24,619 nucleotides of DNA, from positions 1 to 24,619 of IMG/VR virus record IMGVR_UViG_3300020247_000014, one strand, 5' to 3'. Positions within the stretch are counted from its first letter, which is position 1. The number at the start of each line of letters is the position of its first letter. The position numbers and the translations under genes are program-made. Below are positions 1 through 12,800 of this stretch, piece by piece. This DNA is from a virus. Lineage: Duplodnaviria > Caudoviricetes. The notes under the pieces were generated by a model. It did not search any database. It saw only the letters and a program-made list of their open reading frames with translations, and was not told where the DNA came from.

Positions 1-2284
1 TTGTTACAGTTGATGCATTGTTTGATAAAGTAAATTGATCAGATGATATAGATGCAATACCACCACCCGAAAAATGAACTGAATATCTGTCATTATCAAA
101 TGTTTCAAACAAGGCACTCGAAATACCAACTAAATCTGATAAATTGAATGTGAGTGTTCCTACGGAATCAGTTGATTTACCTGTAATTTGAGTTTTTATT
201 GTAATTTCAGAATTAGTTAAATCAACATCAGATATATTTTTTTCTTGTAATTGAGCAAACAATCCAGTATCTTCATTTTTAACTGCAGGTTTAGCAACAC
301 TAATACCAGTTGGAGTAGCACTTGTACTTAATACTGTTCCTACACAAACTCCTGATACATTTTGCACTCCTGCTAATGTCACTTCCTTTAGATCATTAGA
401 TATGGCACTCACACGATTGAATCTAGGGTCAGTGTCTCCTCCTAGATTAAAGATAATAATATCACCAACTCTTAATGATCCAAATGTCTTACCTGCAATT
501 TTTAACTTATTACCAGAGGCAATTGTTACCTCATCTCCAGGCCCTAATTCCTTGATTGGTGAGGATTTTAGAACCATATCTGCACTAAAATCAGTCTGCA
601 AACCTAATGCAGATGCATCTTGGTATACGGATTTGACATCTCTAAGTGATTTTTCAGTTACAGTTTTTATACTTCTTGTAGCACCACCAATATTATCATT
701 AATTCTTATTTCTTCACCAGCAATAAATGTTCCTGATGTATTTCTTAATGTAACAGTTGTACTATTACCACCAGAGCTTACAGCAAATCCTGTTGCACCA
801 CTTGAAAGACCCTCTATGAATGAAGTATCAGGTAAATCAGTGTTTGATACTGCTTTATTTACAACTAAAACTGTATATGTTTGTATGTCAAATAGATACA
901 AATCAAATTTTGTTGCAGCAGAACCACCAGATGCATCATGATTCTCGAATGCATATACTCTTGCATCACCTATCTGAGTTCCTGTTCCACTGGTAGCATT
1001 GTTTGTTGATCCCTTTCTTTGATCAAATAGAGCAATAGTTCCAGTTCCATCTAAACCAATTTTTGGCGTTCCAGCAGCACGGTTAACTTGGAATAAATTA
1101 CCAAGTCTGAATGGTACTGAACTATTTTCAATTACTTTCTTATCTCTTGGTTTATCTAAGTCTAATATTGTTGTAGCTGGTCTTTCAATATCATATCCTC
1201 TTACATATGCCTTTCCGGGTGATACTTTAAGTGCTAATAAGTCATCAGAAGGTGTTTTACCTTGATCAGTTGTTTCATTAGATGTAAATACACCCTCATT
1301 TGATAAACCATCATTAAGAGATTCAAATGCATTTAATTGGAAGTTTTTAAGTGAGTAGTTTCCAGACTCCTCAAAAGTTCTTTTTGCAAAGTAGTCTCTA
1401 ATTAAAGAATATTGTGTGGAATTTTGTAATTTTTTAAGTTCACCATCATCAAGACGAATTAATTCAATAAAATTCTTATCATTAAAATCTGTTAATGATT
1501 TTTTGGTTAGTTTTGTAGATATTTTTAATCTATCTGCACCGGGAGCTGCAAAGTTTGAAAATCCTCTTGCATTATCATTCAATGATGAGTCTGAATCAGC
1601 ATTTACCAATTCTTCCTGTACAAATAAACCAACTCTATATGATGGGTTGTTTGTATATGGATCAAGAACTAATTTATCAGCAGAAACGTTAACAAAATGA
1701 CCACGAATAAAGAATACACCGTCTGCAATAGATGCCTTACATCCTGTTTTACAAGCATCTGCCTCTATAAGGGTAGCCACAGAGTCTCCAGCATTAACTG
1801 GAGTATTTCCGTACACAAATCCCTCATCAACAAGTAAATCCTCTCCATCCTCTAAGAATGAGACTGAGTTGTTACTACCAGAATCAATATATTTGATAAA
1901 GAATGTTAAATCTGTAATACTAGTTGAATCATTTGGAAGAGCATAATCATCAACAAGAACTTTGATGCCACTACTTTGTCCTGTTAAGATTTTGCCTTTT
2001 AAACTATCAACATATACTGAAACTGCAACACCTAAATGATTTGAGTCTAATTTTATTGAAAAATACTCTGCATCATATGATATGTTTCCGGGAATCACCA
2101 TTGATCCCTCTTTGAACATATGACTACCAAAAGATTCAATCTGATCTTGTAGGATAGATTGAAGTGTAGTTAGTTCTCTTGCTTGTACGGGTTTTCCCGG
2201 ATTAAACAAGACCCTATAGAAATTATTATCCTTTTTGAAATCGTCGAAATAAGGACTTATATTTAAATTCGTTTTTTGTGGCAT
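1..2284 (-). CDS. Large virion structural protein, DUF4815-like; runs off the left edge (not in the ORF track)
   Basis: Manual translation from ATG at 2284: MPQKTNLNISPYFDDFKKDNNFYRVLFNPGKPVQARELTTLQSILQDQIESFGSHMFKEGSMVIPG; later NFAAPGADRLKI and VSPGKAYVRGY. These motifs are typical of the protein that follows gp8 in T4-like cyanophages. It starts 3 nt after the gp8 stop. Confidence 0.85.
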   Translation of the reverse strand, partial: MPQKTNLNISPYFDDFKKDNNFYRVLFNPGKPVQARELTTLQSILQDQIESFGSHMFKEGSMVIPGNISYDAEYFSIKLDSNHLGVAVSVYVDSLKGKILTGQSSGIKVLVDDYALPNDSTSITDLTFFIKYIDSGSNNSVSFLEDGEDLLVDEGFVYGNTPVNAGDSVATLIEADACKTGCKASIADGVFFIRGHFVNVSADKLVLDPYTNNPSYRVGLFVQEELVNADSDSSLNDNARGFSNFAAPGADRLKISTKLTKKSLTDFNDKNFIELIRLDDGELKKLQNSTQYSLIRDYFAKRTFEESGNYSLKNFQLNAFESLNDGLSNEGVFTSNETTDQGKTPSDDLLALKVSPGKAYVRGYDIERPATTILDLDKPRDKKVIENSSVPFRLGNLFQVNRAAGTPKIGLDGTGTIALFDQRKGSTNNATSGTGTQIGDARVYAFENHDASGGSAATKFDLYLFDIQTYTVLVVNKAVSNTDLPDTSFIEGLSSGATGFAVSSGGNSTTVTLRNTSGTFIAGEEIRINDNIGGATRSIKTVTEKSLRDVKSVYQDASALGLQTDFSADMVLKSSPIKELGPGDEVTIASGNKLKIAGKTFGSLRVGDIIIFNLGGDTDPRFNRVSAISNDLKEVTLAGVQNVSGVCVGTVLSTSATPTGISVAKPAVKNEDTGLFAQLQEKNISDVDLTNSEITIKTQITGKSTDSVGTLTFNLSDLVGISSALFETFDNDRYSVHFSGGGIASISSDQFTLSNNASTVT

Positions 2285-2287
2285 TTT

Positions 2288-3847
2288 TTAGAATTCCAGA
2301 ATGATTTTTACGTCTTCTTTTTGTCTTGCGTTTCTTGTAATAGTCGCCCTATTGTCAATGTAGATTATATCACCTGACCCTTTATTTATTTCAGGTTCAG
2401 CAAGTCCATTTGTGAAAGTCACACCTAAACCTACATTCTTAGTACCAACTGTGGTAATACCTGAACTAAATGTAGTCTCAACAGATCCGGAGAATCCGCT
2501 TGGAGCAGTTATTGGGTTTGCAGTTGATTGGAATGCAAACTTCTGTCCCAAAGTAGATATACCAACATAATCTGTTTGATCTTCACCATTACCAAAATAG
2601 AGTGATCTATCTTGGAAGTATTTCAATACTTTAGTTTCTTTATCAAATGATGCAACATAACCAACAGCTGTACCTCCGGTGACAGATTGACTAATCTTTT
2701 CACCGATAGTTGGAACTGATGTTGTAGTTGATGGAAACTTAATAGAGTTAAGTGATGAATAAGAATCACTAAAGTAAATTGATGTCGTTCCAACTGATGT
2801 TGGATTTTTAACTAGTTCGACTTGAGCAAATTTAGTATCAAACGGGAAATCTTTGTTGTCTCCCCCAAATCTTGCATAACATAGAACTCTATCTGTACCT
2901 AGTTCTTCATATACATTAAATCCATGACCTTTTGATGGTGGTATAATTGGTATTAATTTTGCTTTGATAGAGGCATTCGCATTGATAGTTCCTAAATCAA
3001 CAATACCGTAAGTATATCCTTTACCACCAGCAGATATGACAGCGTTTGTAATCTTACCTCCGACTACATCAACTACTACCTTACCTCCTGTACCATCTCC
3101 TAGAATATTAAATTCTTGGCCAACTCCCCCTGAATATCCATTACCTTGATTATCAATATAAACTTTCTTAATTTGGTTATTGTTTAAATCAGAATCACCA
3201 TTTTCACGTACTGCTTGAATTGTAGCATCGTTAGTTGTTGTCCAATCATTTGGAACTGCAATAAACTCAGTTGAATCAAATTTAATAATATCACTTGGTG
3301 ATACAGTATACAAGAACTTCCAAATGTAACCATCCCCACTCTCTCCAGCTCTTGATGGTTCTAAATCTGTAAAGGTTGGTTGATCTTGTGATGCATTTCC
3401 AGTAGTGTTGATACCTGATGAACCATTATCAATACAAATGTATACATTAAAGTTTTCGTTAATTACATAATATCTTGAGTCATATAGTCTTGCTGACTGA
3501 GTTACCGGTGAAGGTGAATCAATACTATAGTCATGACGATACATTTCATATCTTGTTCCTTGTGTCCAATCGACCTTTCTTATCAATCTTCTTACATTCT
3601 TACCAGTAACTCTTTTACCAAATAAAGTAGTATCACCAATATTGTTGTTATTATTGATATTATCAACAGGATTAGGAGTGCTTGTATTCCATGTAGAAGT
3701 TCTACCAAACCCCACAATTGTTGGATTGGGCAGACCTAATGTAACATAAAATGAATTTGATGGATCAGTTCCTCCTATCCCAGTAACCGTATCAACAAAG
3801 TTACTTGCATTTAATATTCTAAACTGATCAGTGACTACTGCTGGCAT
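2288..3847 (-). CDS. gp8: Baseplate wedge subunit gp8
   Basis: 519 aa. N-terminus MPAVVTDQFRILNA, WTQGTRYEMYRHDYS, YYVINENFNVYICIDNG, DGYIWKFLYT, C-terminus GDIIYIDNR...EDVKIILEF. Follows gp6 and gp7. Confidence 0.9.
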   Translation of the reverse strand: MPAVVTDQFRILNASNFVDTVTGIGGTDPSNSFYVTLGLPNPTIVGFGRTSTWNTSTPNPVDNINNNNNIGDTTLFGKRVTGKNVRRLIRKVDWTQGTRYEMYRHDYSIDSPSPVTQSARLYDSRYYVINENFNVYICIDNGSSGINTTGNASQDQPTFTDLEPSRAGESGDGYIWKFLYTVSPSDIIKFDSTEFIAVPNDWTTTNDATIQAVRENGDSDLNNNQIKKVYIDNQGNGYSGGVGQEFNILGDGTGGKVVVDVVGGKITNAVISAGGKGYTYGIVDLGTINANASIKAKLIPIIPPSKGHGFNVYEELGTDRVLCYARFGGDNKDFPFDTKFAQVELVKNPTSVGTTSIYFSDSYSSLNSIKFPSTTTSVPTIGEKISQSVTGGTAVGYVASFDKETKVLKYFQDRSLYFGNGEDQTDYVGISTLGQKFAFQSTANPITAPSGFSGSVETTFSSGITTVGTKNVGLGVTFTNGLAEPEINKGSGDIIYIDNRATITRNARQKEDVKIILEF

Positions 3848-3865
3848 TTTATCGCTTTTTTTCTA

Positions 3866-3873
3866 TATTTATA
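3866..3873 (-). promoter_or_regulatory. T4-type late promoter TATAAATA for gp8
   Basis: Exact TATAAATA on the minus strand in the 36-nt gp7-gp8 gap, 18 nt upstream of the gp8 ATG. Confidence 0.85.
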
Positions 3874-3883
3874 CGTGAAACTA

Positions 3884-6800
3884 TCAACTTAATGTTTTAC
3901 GGACTGCACCGGTATCACGAAGACCAAATACTCTCCTTTGAATTGTTGGGAAAGTTGATATTCCTGTACCTGTTGAAAGTCCAACTGTATGACCTGTTAC
4001 ACCAATTGAAATTGGTTCTGGTCTACTAAACGCACCTGATGAATTAAAGAATCTACCCCATGAGAATCGACCATTATACCCACCATTTGCGGTGTGTGAT
4101 GCAGTCAATCCTGCGTGAACAGTTCCTGAGTGAATATTTGTGACTATTTCAGCATTTTGTCCACTCTTAGTAATTGATTGAATAATATAGATGTTATCTG
4201 CAAATAGTGTTCCAACACCAACAATATCATTATTGTTACCACTTAAGTTAATTGAGGTTACTCCATTACCAACTGTGGTATCAAAAATATAAATTGGATA
4301 TCCAGCCTGAAGATCATTAAAGTTATCAGAAGTTCTTGCAAGACCAATTCTAAGACCTAATGTTGATACTCCTACAGTTGTTGTAGTAATACCTGTTATT
4401 ATTCCAGAAAATCCTGCAACCTCTTTAATATTAGTGATCTCTTCAGAAATCAATTCAGGGAAAGGTGCAAGAACTATTGGTGGATTTGCAGTTGTATATC
4501 CAAGACCAATATTATTCACTGCTACTGATGCAATTGATCCGTTAGTAATCGTTGCAGTTGCAGTTGCAAATGTAGATACGCCTACTTGAGCAAATAATGT
4601 GTTTGCCACGCCTACTGGAGCAGCAATTGATACACTTGTTGTTGATCCTACATAACCACTTCCACCAGATACGACTGTGATAGCAGATATAGTTCCTCCA
4701 GCAGACACTGTTGCAGTAAGAGCAGCAGCAACTGGATTAACATTATTGATTAACAGACCACCAAAACTATTAATGTTAATGCTTGAATGATCCTCTTCAT
4801 ATTCAAAGAACTGTGCATCATCAACAAATATATTTGTTCCTGCAGCCGTAGCAGTTGAAATATTACCAATGATTCGTGCAGTTGGGAATATAAGTGGTTC
4901 AATCGAATCTCTTGCTTTAGATACAACATCACCTCGTATAATCTTATCAACTTTTTGTTTCTTCCAGTTTACAATTGGTTTAAATGTATTTTGGTTAATA
5001 CCTGTTCCAGTGTAAATTTCAGTTTCAAATGTATCTGATGTAGTAATACCAATTACAGTTCTTTCAGATTGTCCTAAATCACCTGATATTGAACCAACTT
5101 CAATAATATCACCAGCTTTCAATGTTTCTTGAACATCTACTGTAACTGTATCTGGGCTAGATCCTCCAACAGATCCTTTGTAGAAGAAGATTGCAACGTC
5201 ATCATCAGCACTTGGTGCTATTGAGAATGCAAATGTAGTACCACCATCAAATGTATATGCTACACCGGGTTCTTGTAATACACCATTCACATAGATCATA
5301 AGTAAATTACGCATAATAACCAATGATGACTGAGCATTTGCTCCATCAATCTCAAAACTTAATAGTTCACCATTTACTTTGATTGGGAATCTCTTTCTTA
5401 CACCATTTTGTAAGTTCTTAATAGGATCAATGAAATCAAACTCACCAAAGTCCCAAGATGAGAAGTTATCTGTAAATGTTTCAGTAACTGTTAATTCAAA
5501 CTCATTGACTCTATTAGTTAACTGTCTATCAGTAACTAAACCAACAACTTTGAATACATCTCCTTTCTTAAATCCAAAACCATTTCTAGTGATCTTAAAT
5601 GATTTAACTGTATGAAGTGTAGATCCTACTCCAACTGTTGAAGCAGCACCAACATCTACAGATATCTTCAATCCTAATCCAGTATCTGTTGTAGCACCAA
5701 TTCCTAGTCTTGATACACCGACTACCTCAAGATTTTCATAAGTTGGTGATGGTATATTGATTCTTGGATTAACGTAACCTGTACCACCATTTGCGACAGT
5801 AAATGCTAATGTACCACCGGCACCAACAGTTGCATTAACAACTGCACCTGTACCAGCACCACCACCGGGGCCAACGTTTATAGTAATTGTATTAGTTGTT
5901 TTAGCAGTAATAGTTGTTTGAATACCAGCAACGGGATCACTTCTTGTTCCTTGTGCAGTAACAGATACTGAACGAGGATATGGATGTAATGTTTGGAAAT
6001 TATCCTTAGAGCATCTGAATACTAAACCACCAGTATCAATACCAACTGTATCACTTGTAGTTAATCCATGATTTGGAATGGTTATTACTAATACACCAGT
6101 ATGAGATGTATAAACTGCATTTGTGGCAGTGAAAGCATCACCGGTACTGAAATTACTCTTTCTTATTGATCCGATACCAGAACTTGCAAAACGATGTTCA
6201 TAAGCAATATCAGTAACACCGATTGAAACTGATCCACGATATCCAGATCCTAATTGATCAGTTGCACCAGCACCAACAGATGTAAGAACACCATTTGCAT
6301 TCTTAACCACTGTCACAGCAGCACCTACAAGAGGAGCAACACCTAAACCACCAGTTGATCCAAGTGAAACTATCATTCCACCTCTAGGTAACTGATTTAA
6401 GTTAATATCAGATTCACTAACAATTTTTGAACCGTCTGTAGATGTAATACCTGTGAATACAATTGTTGTAATACCTGCAGTAGCATCTGAGATATAATCA
6501 TAATTATTTCCTTGATTATTATCTGTTGTTGGTGTTTGGAATATTCCATTTAGAAGAACAATACTACCACCAGTTTGAATACCAGTTGTATTTGCTCCAC
6601 CAACTTTAACTATGTGTGTTGCAGCAATTCCAGTAAATCCATCTGATATATCATCAAAGATTCTATTATTTGTGTAATCATTTCTAAGATAGACTCTACC
6701 GTGGAAATCAGATCTTGGGAATGGTAAACTTGATGGATCTTGTGCTGCAAAGTTTGTTCCTTTAGGAGCATCTGTAAAGTGTATTTTACTATCAACTATA

Positions 6801-9800
6801 TTGAATGATCCTTTAAATTTGCGAATCGCAGTTGAATCATTATGTGATGCTGCTGTACTTCCTAATGATCCTCTGTCAACACCAACTAAGTTTAATGCAC
6901 CGTTACCAGATATTGGGCCAAGTGCAGTTGTTCCAAGACCAACTGAAGTAACTTTCATCAATTCAGTTCCAACTTCTAATATATCTCCTTCAATAATTGA
7001 TGAAATACCAGCAACACTAAAGATTGCATCTGATGCTGAAATACTACCACCATTATTTGTAACTGTAGTATTAACAGGTGTAAATGCTATCGGTGATTGT
7101 ATCAGTCCATCAACATTTATCAAACTCTTCTCAAGTTTTTTGGTCATTTCAAGTTGATGAGCATTTCCTGCTCCTAATGATGTAAATGTAACACCAGTTC
7201 CAGCATTAGCATTTGATTTTGTCAATGCTAATTTGAAAGTATCTTGGGTTAGATTAATTGCAAATACATCAGTTGTAAGATCAGTTCCTGCAGATGTTTC
7301 CATCGCATCAGCCGTAACACCGATAAATGTACTCTTCGGTGTGTACTTAAGTTTTTCACCTGTGCTAAAGAAGTGATCATTAATAGTAAAGATACCTGTT
7401 ACAGGATCTAATTTTGTAGCATCCGATGGTGAAAATACTTTTGCAAAAATTGGAACACCACCATGCTTCAATTCAAACTCAGTTTTATTTGCTCTATTAC
7501 CATTTACAGCATTGTATTGACGAACTGCAACTGATTCTGTAACACGACCATATGTTAAATCAGGTGGAACATTGAATAGATCAAGATCTGTGTATATTAT
7601 TTCACTGTAAGCAGAAACTTCTGCATCAGACACACCAGTATCAGGATTGAATTTAAGATTGAATTTATTGTTTGCGTAGTTTGCAATAAATGTACCGATA
7701 CCAGCTGTACTTCCTATTGATATGAATGGATAATGAACTAATGAAGTGTCAGTTCCATTATGAGTTGCTAAAACTTGATGTATTGCAATAGTTGAACCTA
7801 CTGCAACCTTAACAATACTCTTAATTGTACTGAATTTGTTTGAATCTACACCTACAATTGTGGATGTGCTACTTACACGTTTGAAGTTTGACTGTAAATT
7901 AACAGTTCTTTCAGATCCATCTAATTGTGCAGTATCTTTAAATCTAAATGTTCCTATTCCAACTGATGTAAGTCCAAGACCAACTGCTTTTGATCTAAGT
8001 ATTGCAGTATGAATACCTGTATTTTGGAAATCAATTGAAAGAATACCTCCACTTAGATTTGAAGTGAATGTTCCAATAAAGTTTGACGAGAAGTTTGCAA
8101 TATCACCACTATCAACATAGTACTCAGTGAAGTATGAGTTTGTTCCATCATGAGTTGCATAGATATCAACTAAATTCTTTTCATTTGTATCAGCATCAGT
8201 AACCTCTACAGTTGCATAGAATGCAGATGTAACTCCAACAGGAGAACTTACAAGACTAACTGTAGTGCTTGGGTTAACTGATTTTGCAACACCAACTAAG
8301 TTAACAAATCCAACACTCTGTGTGTTGATGCCAGCTAATGTGCTATTGAATGTATTACGATATACTTTGATATCTAAATCATCATCAAATGGGTCTGTTG
8401 GAGTGACTCTTAATGAAGTATCACTTGTTGCTGAATCTGTAAATCCAATAACATCAACAATTTTTTGAGTTCCAATACCTATATTGTTTTTCTCAAAAGT
8501 AAATGTATCAGTATTATCTTTGAATACAACTACCTCATCTACCTGAATCTCACTTGTAGTTGGATTTTTAGTCTGAATTAAGAAACTTTCATAATTTTCA
8601 TTTATTGCAAAGTCAATTCTATTATTTTGAGAACTATTTGTATTTGAGAACTGAGAACTAATATCATCGATATCAAGAACACGGTTTGTTCTACACTCAA
8701 TGTAACTTGCAAGTTTTTGATTGCGTAATTTAAGGAATTTAGATTGAGTTCCTCCAATAAGTGTATCTGTATCAACTACTAAGTCAAAGTTGTTGATAGT
8801 ATCTACTCTTTCCTCACTTACAAGGTCTCTTGCAATAACAAGATCAGATGTTGAAGAAATACCACTTTTTGCAGTTGATGTAATACCAGTATCAGCAAAA
8901 TTCTTTAATCCTGTAGTATGAACAAGTCTATTCACAGGATCTACAATTTCTTCAAAGGTTATTGGACTCTGAATTGTGTATGATAAGTTTTGGTAGTAAT
9001 CATTATCTGCTAAAACCTGATAATCTTCACTCAATTTACCAACTTCAGTATTCCATCCACGATCCTGTCTGAGTGCATAATCTACATCAAATCTTCCTCT
9101 GTTTAATGCGATAGAATTGATTGTGGCCTGTGTACCAGTTATCTCACCTCTTATCTCATCTCCAACAACTAATTCTCTCTTACCAAATATCTTGATAAAT
9201 TCATCAGGATTATTCTCAAGAACAGATAGATTAGATAATACAAAGTTATTATTTTCTTTAACTGCTAACCTCTCACCTATTCTGAACTCAGCAGATTTTT
9301 GAATTGTTCTAAACTGAGGATAATTGTTGAAATTAGTGATTGTTGCATAATTGGTTTGAGATGTTTTTGCAATACCAATACTTACACCAATACCTGTTAG
9401 ATTAAATTCTAATTTTGCAGGACTAGTATTTTGATAATCACTTATAGTAAAGAATACGAATCCATGATCTGTTGAGTTATAACCGGATCCTTCAGTTGAC
9501 TCAAGTTGAATACCTTCTACAAATATCTGATCACCTACAGCAAATGGTGCTGGAGCAAATCCACCTATGGGTGTTACTAATGTACAAGTTACAATACCAG
9601 TTGTCGTGGTTGTTGACATACCAGATATACTTGAAACTGATATACCATTTGAGTTATTGATTGTTCTAATTCTTTGTTCAACTGGTTTTAATCCTTTTGG
9701 AGAACTAATAATATTAACAGATGCAATAGAACTTGAGTTTAATGATAGTTCAATAACACCTTGATCAGTTAATTGCCCTGTTTCTGGATCAACAACAACT

Positions 9801-12800
9801 AAATCAGGAGCTGAGATGTAGTTTTTACCACCAGATATAACTTGTATTTCAGAAATTACATCTGAGTTAATAAGAGTTATTGTTGGAGATATTCTTGCTT
9901 CTGGTCTTAGTGTTTGATCTGAATGATACTCAAAGCCAGGATCCAAAATACGAACCTTGTTTATCTTGTTCACACTAGATGATAAGCAAAGTATTTTTGC
10001 GTTTATACCATTTACAGATGTTATACTGGATATTCCGGGAATCTTTTTATAACCAAAACCACCAGATGCTAAGTTAATTCTTCCAACTCCACCAGATGCT
10101 GATGTAGAATTGGTCAAATAAGACATTGTATCTACTTCAGTCTGAACATAATTTAATTTTTCAGGAACATTTTGTAATGATATATTAAATGATGTGGTTC
10201 CTACACCAAAAGCAGTGTATGTTCCTTCATATTCGCTATTAATATAATTGATTCTTGATCCATTCTGGACATCAGTATCTGATGTACTAATAAATCCAGT
10301 CTTCTCTAGTGTATAGAAAACGTTAATTGGATTTTCTGATTTGTAATTAAGAGTAACTGTTGCGGTTGTTCCTACACCTACTGTTCCTACTTTAGTAACA
10401 GAGAATGATTCAGTTGATCCAGTAGATACAAATTCATTCTTAAAGTCTTTATCATAATATAAATTGAACTCAAATCCATTTAATGAAGAATCAGAAACAT
10501 AGAATACTAAATCATTATTTTTAGTAACTGATAGTGAAGGATTAATTAGTGAGAACTCTTGGCCACTTCCACCAGTATTTGTTGTAATACCAACTACTTT
10601 AGGGGGTTCATTCTGAACATCAAATAAAGTTTCACCAAGTTGGAATGAATTATCATCTATTCTGTATACAAAATATGATGAAGTTGATAAACCTGTTGCT
10701 TGTGATGTTCCACCATCGTAAAATACTTTTTCACCAGTTGAGAATCCATGATCATCTTTAAAGATTGTATCGGCACCAATATTTGTTTGTGCTACAGTTA
10801 ATGGATTGATAAGAATTTTATCTTCTGATGAAGAATACTTAACTATAACTGAAGTTGATATACCAATTCCACCAGATCTGTTTGAATCTAAAGTAAGATC
10901 GATAGTATCTAATTCAGTTAAACCGTGAGAAGTTGATACTGCAACATGTGCTGTTATTTCCTGAGCCTTACCAGTTACTTGTGTGAAATTAGATTCAAGT
11001 AAGTATTCAAAACTATCAGTAGGTGATGTCTTGAAGAAAATAGTCTCTCCACCTTTAATTGTTGACAATCCTACTAAATCACTTGAAATTCTTTTAGCAA
11101 ATACAGTAGCACCATCTGATAAGTTAAAACTAGCAGTTACTGCTTGAGTTACACCTGTACCAACGGATAATGCACCTGCACCACTAGGAATTTTAAATGT
11201 TAATTGCTGATTACTTACAAATGGATGATTAGGTAGGAAGATGCTCTTTGCAGGAACACTAATAACTTTCGATAATTCACCAGTTGTGAATGATTTAGCC
11301 ATACCAATGACAGTTCCAGCAGTCAATGCTAGTCCAACTTGCTCCTTTGGATTAAAGAAAACTTTATCATCTATCTTTGATTCAAAAGGATCAGTAACTA
11401 TTGGTATAGTAAACTTTTGAGGAACTGTTAAAACAGGTGCAGATAAAGTATGTGCAGCACCTACAACACCTCTCTTAACTCTTAATATCTGTCTATCTCT
11501 AAATGTGTTGAGTACAAGTAGTTTTTCTGTTCCAATACCAATACTACTTCCTGCAGATACTCTATCAGGAATACTAGAAACGTATATGTCAGTAACGATA
11601 CCTGCAGAAGAATTTGCACCAAGTTCTTTATAAAGAGCAACTTGCACAGAACTTACACCAACTTTATGAGAATCAGTTAAGTTTGGAATGCTAGTAGATA
11701 GACCTGAAACAACGATTTGATCGTTATTTGCAAATGTATGTGATGTTGATATGAAAGCACTTACTTGAGTTGCACTATCTCTAACGTATACGACGTTATT
11801 ATAGGTCTGAACTGTTGTATCTACACTTGTAATTGGTTTACCAGTTACCTTTGATATAGAGGCACTAGCACCCCCTCCAGAGGAATTAGTATTATCAAAG
11901 TTTAGACTATCTCCAACTTTAAAATCACTACCAGATTCAACAATTTGGAAACCTTCTACAGAACCTCTTGTTACAGATTCTACAATAGAACTTTGTTCAA
12001 CAGATTCATTTGATTCAATAAGGAAATCATTATCAGCTGTTGGATCTGCAACTTTGTATGGAAGGGTATTTCTGATAATTTTACTTGTATTAAAATCAAA
12101 ATTATTTTGATCTATTAAGAAGTTATCATCAATTGGTTTTGATCTATAGTTATCACCTATAAAGTATGGGAACTTAGGATCAAGATTACCTTGAGCACCA
12201 GTGCTTACACCAACAAAATATGCATAAACACCATTTGGATAGTCAGGTGTTTTACAGAATCTACCATTACTTTCATCTAAATCACCAGAATCATCATATT
12301 GATGATCTTCAACAAAGAAACCACCTGCAAAAGATGTAGGTCTATTAGTTACATTACTTGTATTCAGAGTATAACTTGTATTTAAAATTACTATTGCTGA
12401 ATCTGAATCTGCAGGATCAATGTAACCGTAAGGCCCATAAATTGGGTTTCCATCATATGCCCAACCAACTATAGGAGAATGTCCTGTAATTGAATCTGGA
12501 TCTTCAAATAATGTTGAGTAAATTGATGTATTATATCCAACAACTGCATACTGCAAGTTATCATCAGACTCCCTTAATAATACTTCATCACCAAATCGAG
12601 TCAAACTGTTAATTGTTAAAGATCTGATTGATGGTTCAAATATTTGTCCACTTCCAGCAGGTTTGACTCTTACGGTTGGTGTTGCTGTATAACCTATTCC
12701 GGGATTTACTATTTTTACATCTGTAATTTTACCATTAGTTACAATAGGTCTTAATTTTGCACCAACACCAGATCCAACTCCGACAAATTCTAAGTCAGGT

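Noticed and set aside
2383-2390. AATAAATA late-promoter-like site inside the gp8 3' end
   Set aside because: About 100 nt from the next ATG, explained by the EINK codons, and common by chance in AT-rich DNA.
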